Origin: Catajapyx aquilonaris
Lineage: Eukaryota
Direction: 5' to 3'
Assembly: GCA_000934665.2 (NCBI GenBank)
Contig: JYFJ02002523.1
Location: 1 to 64,000 of the forward strand
DNA: 64,000 nt
Below the pieces are notes generated by a model, which ran no database searches, was not told the origin of the DNA, and saw only the letters and a list, made by a program, of their open reading frames with translations. Positions 35,613 to 47,070 of the stretch are shown here, in pieces (the stretch's first letter is position 1; every line of letters begins with the position of its first letter). The translations under genes and the position numbers were made by a program.

Positions 35613-38600
35613 TTTCAAGTTTAGAGCTTATCTGTTAATGGAATTTACTGAAGGTCGCAGGTTCTTATATACCAGGATAAGCAGTGGGTTTTCTTCCCAG
35701 CCTGTCAGGACCTACCCTAATAATTAAGAGTAAATTATTCTGCGTGAACTACCAACCAGATCCGATCGATTAAGCATAGGTGAGAGTGATTGACGCTCAG
35801 GATCCCACCCATCAGCGTTTCTTACGCAGGACTGTCATTATCTCCGGCGCGAATTAGTCAGTTCCCGAATGCACCTTGGCAAACTCGTGTAGCAAGTGGT
35901 CATTGAGCCCTGATACGTGGCCATATCGTAGGAATCCCGATTTTATTTATTATCCCGCGCTCATTATAATTTCTTTGAATCTGGCTGTGGCCCGGGGCGC
36001 CGAATTTGCATCGCAAGAGTGTAATCATACACTAAATCATTTTCCATGCGATTATTTGTCGAGCATGCTCCCATGTAGATAAATCATCACGATATTATAA
36101 CACCTGCAGATAATTAGTCGCATGTCATGACTATTCGACCATGCCAAATCCTGGTTATGCAATTTTGGAAGTGCAACTTGCCCTGATTTGCATCCTGCTC
36201 GTCAGCATGTTCCCAAAGAATTACCTGCTGGCGCCGCCCAATTTTGCGGCACAATAGGAGTCTCCTTTCATAACTCTTGATTGCAGGAAATGGATTTACG
36301 ACCTGCTCTGGCCTTTGGCACAATCCAGTAACAAGGGGAACACTACAGTAGGAGTGTCTCCTCAGCTCATTAAAATCTCGAGCTCTGCAAAGATTTGTGT
36401 ACCTCTCTGAGTTTGCGCCCAGTAGATTGCCGGATACTTGCTCATGGCTGCATTGAAGTTTCTAATGAGGAAGTTGGTGAACAATACAGGCCTATTTTCA
36501 CTCTAAGTGCTTGGTAAACTCGACCTTGTTCTCGGTCGGAATAGCGTCAAACGTGCCGAGCAGGCTGGATTAATTACACAGGAAATGCAAAGTAAATGCG
36601 CTTCTTTCTTAGGGAGCTCTGTACGTTATCTGCATGAACATGTATGTGTAACCCACTTTTTGCCAGGACAGGTCTAGAGAAATGTGTAAAAAGTTTGGTC
36701 CACACCAATCAGCACGTACCGCCTTTGCCATATGAGGTTTCAGCAAATGACAACAACGGTGACATCCCAGCGGAACTTTCGAAGGTTCACAATATCTTCT
36801 TCCTCATTCCCTTTAAAATTGATGCTGAAAATGCAGTGGGCCTCAGGGAGCCATCACTTTAACAAGCTTAGCGAAAACCCTATATATATAAAAGAAACGT
36901 GGCCTGAAGCAATTACTCAAGAAGGTGGCACATTTTCTTTTGCCCTTGTTTTTTTTTACATCAACGCACAACAGTTAGGCAGAAAGTTCGTGGGCCAAAT
37001 TGTAACTATCCACCTTGACATCTCAGTAAGTTCCACAAGTCCCCGGGGCGGAAGAAGCGATCCGGCACAAGTCTCTTGATGACCTCAGTGATGGAGAGAG
37101 GGGGGTCTCCTCCACAAAATTCAGTAATTGCCCTGCTCTCTTCCCAGCCACTTTTTTTTTTTTGAAAAAAAAAAAACTCCCCCCCCGCCCCCTGCAGTTA
37201 TATGCAAATGGGAAAAAGTTTGGCAAGAACGTGGACCTTTTTCTCGATTTGATTAGCGCCCTGGAAATGAGGGACTTGGGCTTAACTCTTAAAGATGTGG
37301 CCCAAAGCGCAGATATAGAAGAGCAACTAGGGACCCACACCTGTCTACTTAGGATCCTGGATGAGTTACATAAGAGGGGAGAAGAAGAAAGTACGCGGTG
37401 TATGAACTTTTGGGCACATATCACCAATGGGGAAATCAAAATGTGAGTTATGCGATAGTGTGATCACAGATAAACTTAATTGTCCCAAAAAAATCTACAT
37501 AGGCTAACGCAACATTTGCTACAGTTTGCAGGGAAGTTCGCCAGGTTTCGCAAATATTTTACTGGTGCAGGCCGAAACTTTTTATTATTAATGCACTTGT
37601 CTGTCTCTAAAGGAATATTTTTATGGTGGCAGTAGAACCGCAAAAATAGGGAAAAAGCTGGAGGGAAAAAACTGGACGGCAAAATTCTCTGGAAATTAAT
37701 AATCCAAATCCTTGACCTAGGTCAACTAATTTGTTATGGACGGCGTGAAGCTCAGGGATATGGATATACCCACACCGCGGGTGAATAATATTTCATTGCT
37801 TTGCTATTTCAGAGGTAGAATGAAACTCGGCCGTGATATTATTTATTAACGCAATGTGGAGAATTTGGCAAAAAATTTTACTGTTGATAATTATGTCTAA
37901 TTCTAATCAAATTCAATTTTAATCCAATAGATATCAATCAAGGCCGCATTACGTCACAGATATGAATATATTAGCATGTTCTCTTTGCAACAATGCAACC
38001 CTTCATACACGATACATTATTAACGAGAAGACTGACGTGAAAGATTCTCAATCCGAGTTGTTTGTAATAAAAATGATGAAATGTATACGACGGAAAGCGA
38101 ATGGGCAAAGGCTGTCAAAATGAAACTCTCAAGAGCCTCAAGAGCCACTTCTCCATTTCAGCCTGACCACAAAAAGCAGGATAATGACAACTGCATGCAA
38201 TTGCTTCCGAAAAAAAAGTCGAGCAAATTATTCCCAGAAAAAAACGATTGCGTGCCAAGACATTTAAACGCAATGTTGTCGAATTATATACTGTCTTCTG
38301 GTAGTCAATTGCTGGGTTTCCTTATTCCAACACATTGTAACAGCTACTTTTTTTTTGAAAATTATACAATTTAAATTCAAAATAATATTTGTAAAAATTT
38401 CATAACCTTGGCGCTGATTTTATGACTGCAATTTTCGTAATAACACAATAAAAACATCAAGTGGTAGTTGTGTCAAGGCCTTTTCTTCAAACGTCTCACT
38501 TTGCCCACTAATTGTATTTTGGCACTTGCAACGTAGCCGCCAGTAACTCTGTAATTTATTACGGATGAATAATTCACAAATAATGTTTCTTTCAGGAACG

Positions 38601-40075
38601 TGACTTGCCAAACAAGAGAGGTCCCCAACTTCAGACAGCAGAACTCACTCCCTTAAGTACACTGCACGTTTGAGTGGACAGTTTGAAGGAATGTGGGACC
38701 ACGCTTGTATTTGCTTAGAATCGCTCCTGGGGCCTTCCGAGGTGCTTGTCATTCAGGCCAGTTGGAACCTCGGGAATTACACACACAAAAAAATCAAAAA
38801 AAGAACGGAACGTGGGCACCTGCAAAATATTCCGTTTGAAGAAATATGGCGCGAAGTGACGTTATAGATTTTATTCCCATATAAACCGGGAAGAAATGTG
38901 TCCCCAACGGGCCCGGACTGACTGGAACAAGCAAAACCTTCCCTTTCGTAGCTGTATTAACATATTTACGACCCGGACCGCAGTAATTTTTCTCCTCTCC
39001 GACTGTCACCTATTCACCGGAACCTCTGAATAGCCGCTATCTTATCTACCCAAGCATAAACCTCTTGTTGAAAATATGATAATTCCCCTTCCTGCATTTA
39101 AACGACCGCTATTGATCAGGAGTGTACTTGTTTGGGATAGAGCCATTTATACTATGACAGGAGCCAAACAGCGTGAAAATTAATTAATCCGCTCGACTCT
39201 CCACACCCACTAGAATACCGCGAATCAAGTTAAGAGGGTTATAAAAGGAACGCTTGTAACTAAGTAGTTTGGACGTCCCATGAGGTTAGGAGATGCGATA
39301 AATCATTTTCTTGCAGCAGCCATAACACACCCCCGCACTTAGAACGTTAGAAGGAGTCGACGATACTTTTTTTCCCCACATTTAATTGCACAGAAGCTAT
39401 GGGACAGGTCTGTGGTCCGAAACAGGTGTCGTACAGGATCGTTCGTCTCTCTAATCTTCCTAATCTGCCTCATTTGGAGGTCCGCGATGGACGATAAACT
39501 TCTTTACAACCGACCAGAATGTAGTGGACGCCTCTCCACTGGCTTATCGGCCTTACGAAATGAAGTATAGGCGTAGATGAACTTGTATTTTCCAACGTAT
39601 GTTATACGGATACACTGTAAAAAGTTATTGGACTTGTGGGAACCGAACGAGGAACAGGAGGCTCGATTGTTTGGCTGGAAAGTGAGTTACGGTTATTGGG
39701 AGACTGTTGTAAACTGTAGCCGGTTTGGTAACCATGCGTGGTATTGAGGTACTGATTGCGATGATGGAAATTATGTTAGAAGACAAAATATGACACCGAT
39801 AGTGATTTTGTCAGAAAAGTAGACTCATAAAGTCTGCTATTCAGAATCGCGGCTGATTCATAAAAGCGGAAAATCGTTGCCATTTTCGCGCGCCGCTTTC
39901 TGCAAGCACGTGCAGTTTCGGCGGGAAATTAACCATTGCCACTATAGCTTGTTATGAAGTCCAAATGTGTTATTAGCATATAGTTGTTTACACTTGTCAA
40001 AACATGGCATACCAAGTTGACATATGACAATCTTACCTGAAAACATGTCACTTTACATAATAGAAGACAACTCAC

Positions 40076-40147
40076 CTTGAAGCTGTCATCGCACTGCACT
40101 TCAGCCAGCATAGGCACGCCGTACAACTTGAGTTCCTGTAGTGCCCC
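40076..40147 (-). CDS. Mp: Multiplexin TSPN-domain C-terminal exon
   Basis: ttttttctctgctctaaag|GALQELKLYGVPMLAEVQCDDSFK|gtgagt; 72 nt; continues ...KGAFE from the exon ending at 54818. Confidence 0.9.
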
Positions 40148-43100
40148 CTTTAGAGCAGAGAAAAAAAGCAAAGGAATAAGGACCCGATGCAACCATGAAT
40201 GTGTCCTCCGTGCTGCCTGCATAGTTCGTTTTTGCTGTCTCCGAATGACCCTTTTATAGTATTAGGTGACCCTCACGTCCCTCAAAAACACGCATCCTCA
40301 CGAGGTCCATGTGAGGAATAGGACCCGGAGTATAATTCACACGACCCGCCGGCCTCAACCCCGCCGGTCCGAATGTGATGCTGCAGACTCCCGGACCCAA
40401 ACATCTGATCCGAATGTGCCCAAAGTGGCCACCTGCGGCGCTGCTGCCTTCGCACAAGGATTACTTGATTTTTTTAGAGGGTCTGGGAGAGGAAGAAGGA
40501 AGAATAAAAAATGGTTCCCAGACGGGTGTGGTTGCGTGAGGAAGAGCCTGATGGTAGGGTGAGGTGAGGACGTAAATTAAGTATGATCTAGTAACTAGGC
40601 AGGATTGCATAATTATGTGAGGGATATGCATCACTATAATGTTCTCTAGGGGTTCTTTGGCGAAATTTTTAGGAAAATACACTGAGTACACACATTCATA
40701 ATAAGTGCAGTGAATTCAGTTGAATTATTCACCAACAACTGCATTGCTGAGGCGACTTTGGTCATCTGCAGTAATTTGTCATTCTCGTAATGAGTCACCC
40801 AAAAAACATGATTGTTTGAGCAGAGTCTGAAGAAGATTTCTCGATGTCCGGAAGATACGAAATGGCCACAAAGACTTTGGATGTGAAATCCTGGGCAATT
40901 ACGTTTCAAGCTTGTGGTTTTCCGGTCAACGGTTTCAAGTGTCGCTTGCAAGACAAGTCGAGACTTAGTTACGACGTCGTTGTTTCTACGCCACTAATGG
41001 ATTTTCAAGCTGCAAAGTATTCCTCACTGGCATTTGGACGCAAACGTGACACCCAGATATTCTGCGGTAATTACAACGTGACCTCGATCTCTCAGCTTTT
41101 TTTTCTTTTTTTTTGTTGAAAAGCGTTATTTGCTTGTTTACTGCATTGCAGCACAACCATTTATTGAGGGAGACGTGACTAATTACACTTAATGGATGAA
41201 TGCCATTGTCAAGCCGAGTCATGCCAGACTGGCGGGATTGAGAACTGATGCCAGAAGAGCACGGGGTCAAATGCAATGTCAATGATTAACGTCAACAATG
41301 GAGATGATCTTTTGTGCCCTGTTGCAATGGCCACATTTTCTGCTCGCATGGTCAAAATACAGCGGAAATGGAGACGAGAATGAGTGTATTTGCATGTTCT
41401 CAGTGTATGTGTGCATGGTTTCGGTCAGATTTTCAGTGTAAACAATGACTGTTAGCATGAGAAACCTGATTGCCCTGCATGCCTACTTTGTTCCTTTGTT
41501 GCTGGTCAAAGGGCATTTTTCGCCGTATATAGAGTAGTGCTCTACAACATGAATAATGAAATCACTTTAGTATGCCCACAACGTATTTGTTGGGCTGATA
41601 ACTAGATCAGAATAAGTGAGTTGGGAAACTTAAGTGTGTATACTATACCAAGGTTGTAAAAACATTATTTCGCGTATATTTTTAAGCCTCTTTAGACTAG
41701 AGCATGCACCTATAAACACGTCATCGTGGAGAGCTGCCATGTGAAGGGCCTGGTTTAACTTCGGCCTCATGATGGGGATAATATTCCTTTGGCATTTAAA
41801 AGGTATATGCTACCATAGGGCGAAATACGTGAAAATACGAGAAATACTGCACGTGATACAAGTACAGTACTAGGTAAAGCACGATTTCCCCACATCTTAC
41901 TATTGGAGAACACATGGTGTATTTTAAAACTTATTGTGTAAACATACCGTACATACCAAAACGGATCGTCTGCTGGTGGTATATATGGATGTATAATCGT
42001 AATCCGCATATAGCTTGCCAGAAAAATCAAATAACTAAGATTGCATTTGTAACGTCGGATCGCATCAAGCCAGGATTTTTCCAATACGCAAAGTTCTTTC
42101 ATTTCCATCCAGATATTTGGCTCCCGCCCACCGAAAATATCAACCGAGAGGTAGCAGCGAATAGTGTCACCGTTGTTTCCAGCATGGAGCGAGTTTGCCA
42201 TTTGGCATGTATTATCTCTGGCCAGTCAAGTCTGGCGCTATCGACGCCGCCTAACGGATGATGAGGCCGTCATACGCACGTACCTCCGACCGCCTGCTGC
42301 TGCACTAACGCGGTGTTGCATGCATTTTTAAAACCGAATAATAACACAGACCTGGAAAATGGCGCTTTTGCAGTGTGCCACCCCCCCTCAAGAGGGCGGA
42401 AAACACTGAAACCTCATTGAATCGCTGGGCCGAACATTACGCAGCGTTCATGGGGGCCTGAGCACATGAAAGCCTGGGAATCTCGTTTGGTCTGCATTTT
42501 CCTTCCCAAATATCGCCAACCTACACTGCCGAGCAAAGGCCCGCTAATAAGTGCCTAATGAAATGCAACTCCGCCGGTCTCATTAATGCAGAGACCTCAC
42601 CCGGACAACACTTGCACCGCAAACAAAAAAAAAAGTTTTCGTTGTTAAACAGAAGCTTCGTTAATGTGTCGTATTTCACTGCTAGCTGGAAGGCTACTTC
42701 TTTGTCACCCTCTCGATGAATGGACCTGCAGTCGTCGTTCTTATGGTTTTGTTCTATCGTTCATTAGTATAGTATGCTAATTTACATTCTACTTTTAGGC
42801 CCCACTATTTGAAAAATGAAATGTTCCAATGGTCAGTTCAATGTATTTTTTCAATTAATATATTCGGATTTGGAATGACGTCGCCATTGTCATTTATTAT
42901 GATACAACCGGCAAAGAGGCCAATCTAAACTGAAGCGTCAGTGTGACCTATTTAGCAATTTTAATTTACCAACAATTTAATACTAAATTGCTGCCTTTCC
43001 AAACACTGGACAAGAAGATCGACTGAAATTTTTATTAAAACAACCTTGATGAAATGTAATTAAGAAAATTTGCTAAGACCAAATTGTACCAACATCAGTA

Positions 43101-46100
43101 AAGTTTTAACCACCTGCATTCAATTACTGCTGGTTGTTTACCAAACTAATAGTGATAATGAAACACATGCCATCAATACTTTACAGACATTAATGCAATC
43201 AGCCTAAATATTTAACCGGAAAATACAGAACCTCTTAATAATTAAATTGCCACATTCAAATGATTCAACTGATTACACAATGATTTTGTAATTCTCGCTC
43301 GCAACAAATTACACCATTCAATTTATGGTATTTGCAGAGTGTGTGTTTATTTGATGAATACCTGCTGTATACTGGTGTGAATGCCTGAGGTTCACATTCC
43401 CATCAGCTTGGCGAGTTCAGGAGTGATATGGCGCTGTAGGGAGCCGGCATGGAGAAAGAAGGATTGATCGTGTTGGGAGAAACAAAAGGGATGGCTGTGG
43501 CTCCAATGGTTGTAGGAAGGGTTGGTAGAACAAGAGGGGAAATGTGCTCTGGGTTGGGTTTACCTGGGCTTTTTTTACGAGCGTAAATCCAAATTAACCT
43601 GTTCCGGAAGAGTTGAGAAGTATTACCACCGGGTGTTGCTGAGGGAAAAAAAGGTGTGATTGGGATTTGCTTCCAGGGTGGGATAGACTTGGTGGTCCTT
43701 TATTTTTTATATGAGATAAAACGACCCCGAATCTAATTACTTATTGTTGCAATTAGTGCATGGACTACTTTCTGAGTTTCGATTAGGCCCAAATTACAGC
43801 AATAAATTTTATGGGAGCCTGCGAGGTGTTTTAAGACCAACTTTTGCCTCCGTTGAAAAATTAGCGTTTCCTACTACCGTCCGCATTGTTTTACGCGATT
43901 TTTAAATCACGTTCAAGCTACAATGAAAGTTCATTACATAAAGGAGTTTAGCACTTTGCCATAAACATGGACCTACAGTCGAATTGAACATTTGCTTGAA
44001 AGCGCGTCTAAATTTCTCATGATGAATAACTGCCTTCGTCACATGCTTTTCAGCGCCTGCAGTGGCGAACAATGGCCAGAATAATACACGTTGTTTATCT
44101 TTCAGCATGAAATCTTGTTAATGAACTACTTTTTAGGTGTTCAAGTAGTACTGTGCATTTCCTGGAGCATATTTACTCTCAGAGAACAGTTCGGTCCGTT
44201 GACCTCCGTACCTGCGGATATGATTATTATTCGTGTATGTGTTAATACTGTACGCGTACATATCATTACTGGAGAATGTTATGGAATGCTCGCTCCAGTC
44301 GCGCATGCGCAGTCCTGGTACATTACGATGCACTACTGGAGCAATTAATCCATCAAAATGGAGACATCCATTTAGCTAGTGTGCCCATAGCAGGTGACAG
44401 AAGTGAACAACCTGGCAGTCTCGTGGGGCAAGATGTCCATTATTTCGATCCCATCATGGTGACATAAGTTGAAACGAAAAGTGCTGGGTATGACATAGCA
44501 TCTGACCTATTATAGAAGTCATGCAGCCAGCATAGCGTGACCCATCACAGAAACACAGATAAGACCTGCAGGAACACCGAGCTGCAGCTTATACGCAATT
44601 CCCTTTTACAAATGGTTGTTTTTGTCTCTTTTTTGTCTCCCGCATCCCCATGTTGCCCCGTTTCTCATACGCAATCGCCGTTATTGACCAAGCTGCCCCC
44701 CAACTCAGCAAACAACCAGCCAAAAATATGCAACAAACCCGCATCCAGCATGTCAAATAACGCGGCCTAAGTGACCTCATAAAATATTAGAGTGACCCTC
44801 CGACCAATTTTGTGGGCACACTGCCCCCTCCCCCTCTGTACCCCCAATAGCCCATAAAACATGGATTAGCTCGGATGGAGCTCTATCCCCTGCAGTCTCG
44901 TGTGGTGTTCAGCAAGGTGATAGATCCACTCCGCCTTCATTTCACGGTCGAGTAGTTAGCCTGGAGAGAAAAGTATGGGGGTGCCTAGGATGGTGGTCTG
45001 GGTTTGAAACTGGAGCCTCCCACTTCGTTTCTGGCCCGATAGAGCCCAAAAGTCCTCTGCTGCCACCTACCAACAGTGATGGATGGCCCAGATTCCACAC
45101 TGGAAAAGGGTCACTGGTAGGCACAGTTGCACATGGACGAGCCTTTTCCCACCTTCCCACAGACGGTAATTAAGTGAAGGCTTACTTGTTTTCAACTCTG
45201 CAGATCGATGGCAGCTTGGGATATATAGAGAGATGAGGATAAGGATGGAAAAATGCCAGAAAAGGGGGTCAACAGCAGGAGGATGGTGGCGGTGGATCAG
45301 GAATTGCGATTTCGGGTAGTAAATCGGATTTTTTTTGTTCGGTCCTCGTTATTGGGTTAGTGAGATGCGAAAAAAAAAGTTTGATGTGCTTAAGGAAAGG
45401 GTTTAACAAGGTAAGGAGATGAGCTTTAGAGTCGTTAAATTGACTGGGATAGTACCTCGAGATGCAGGAGTGTAGTTTAGGCCTATCATGGGGAGTATCC
45501 AATTATATTAGAGGAAGCACAAAGTTGCGAAGATTTAGCTCCTTGGTAGCTAATTATTGTGCTGATGAAGGACTTATCCACCTTAGCATTAAAATACACG
45601 CAACTAGGGATGCACCCCCTAGCATTTCCCAGAGTATATATTTTCAGGAATCATTAATTTTCGGAACTGTAAACCTAGTTGCGGAACTCTTCGACTGTAC
45701 CGGTCCCATTAATCTGCCTAGCGCAACATTACCGATTCATATAATAATAATAATAACGAACCGAAACTCGATTTATGCGCTTGTAACGAAGTTAGCAGCT
45801 TCCAAATAGGGTATGTAATTGAGTGCATATTTGTTTTTCCTTATTTAGAGCAATATCAATCAGTCTGCTAATTTAATTATGAGTTTCGATATCGACGAAA
45901 AGGACTGGATTTAGATAGTTTCTCATTCATCCTGGCGCTCAGGCAACCCGTGACAATGAAGAGTCGCTCGTGTTGCATACACGCCAGGATGAGCATATGT
46001 AGTGTATGAACAATAGTGTGCCGAAATATGACTCCTGTTGTGCACATTAGCAGACACTAATTAGAGTCCTTGTTGATGTACTGATGCAATCCTGCTTTCA

Positions 46101-46484
46101 GACTATACATAATATACTGTTCATGTAGTATGTTAATGCAACCCTTGTACCATTAAACTCTCAAATGCCGGGCCTGAATTATTTGAATTAACACATGTCG
46201 CAATGCCCACATCATTAAAGTGCCATCCGTCACTGTTACAAAGCAATCTCCCCCTCTTTATCTCAAGTGTCGCCGTGACTACTGATACGGCCAAATTGTT
46301 TCCGTCAGTTGGCTCACATTTAAAAAGAATCACGTCGCCCAATCTACCTCTCCCAATCCCCTCCAGATTGTCCCATCACCACAGCTCCACTCCACCATTG
46401 GTCACCCCCCTGCAGATCGCTCGTGCAGAAACACCCCCCTTGTGCCCCCCCATCTAAAAAAGCGCACTTGTTGCCCACGTGTAC

Positions 46485-46667
46485 CTGCAAGTACTGGGTG
46501 AGATTAATGTCTCCTCTGTGCCTGTCGGGCATCTGTATGGTGAGCGGTGGCCTCCGATGGAACCATCCCATCCCGCTGCCCACCACCACCACCAAGAGTC
46601 CCAGCACCACACCGAAGAGGCACATCCCGGTGCCCACTTTGAACCTGGTCGACAGCACCATCGCCAT
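46485..46667 (-). CDS. Mp: Putative alternative first coding exon of a short multiplexin isoform (hydrophobic leader)
   Basis: gccATGG start; MAMVLSTRFKVGTGMCLFGVVLGLLVVVVGSGMGWFHRRPPLTIQMPDRHRGDINLTQYLQ|gtacac; 183 nt, phase-0 donor compatible with the acceptor at 40147. Confidence 0.72.
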
Positions 46668-47016
46668 GGCTGGCACCTTGTTCTAGCGACTCCTTCGGCT
46701 GATGCTGCTTCCCATCGCGCGGGCATAAACACCGATCATGAGCGTCCCGGAGGGCGTCGCGACGCCACTGGCCCCCTGGGGGACTCCTTGGGCCAATTTA
46801 CAGGGTGCTGTTGGCGGACGGAAGAACCGCAAGAGGGTGGAGCCGTCGCCATACTCAGCTCCACCAACCCCCATCCAACCCACTTCTTCCAACACACACA
46901 CACACACAAAATAGAGCGGGAAAATAACAGTGGCCTTATTCCAAGACAACAAGTGCTCACTGGCTTACAATCGATGCCGGGGCCGAAGCTCACTTGCCAG
47001 TCGCTCTGGGCCGATT

Positions 47017-47070
47017 CCCATTTCCGGAAATGGGGAGTGGTTTAAACCGCCCTCCGCCCGCCCCTACCCC
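47017..47070 (-). promoter_or_regulatory. Candidate internal promoter for the short isoform
   Basis: On the minus strand: tandem GC boxes (GGGCGG), then TTTAAA (47041-47046), then an 18-bp palindrome CCCATTTCCGGAAATGGG, ~350-400 nt upstream of the ATG at 46667. Confidence 0.4.

Noticed and set aside
44860..44935. tRNA A-box-like GGATTAGCTCGGATGG
   Set aside because: No proper B-box (GTTCRA) or cloverleaf pairing
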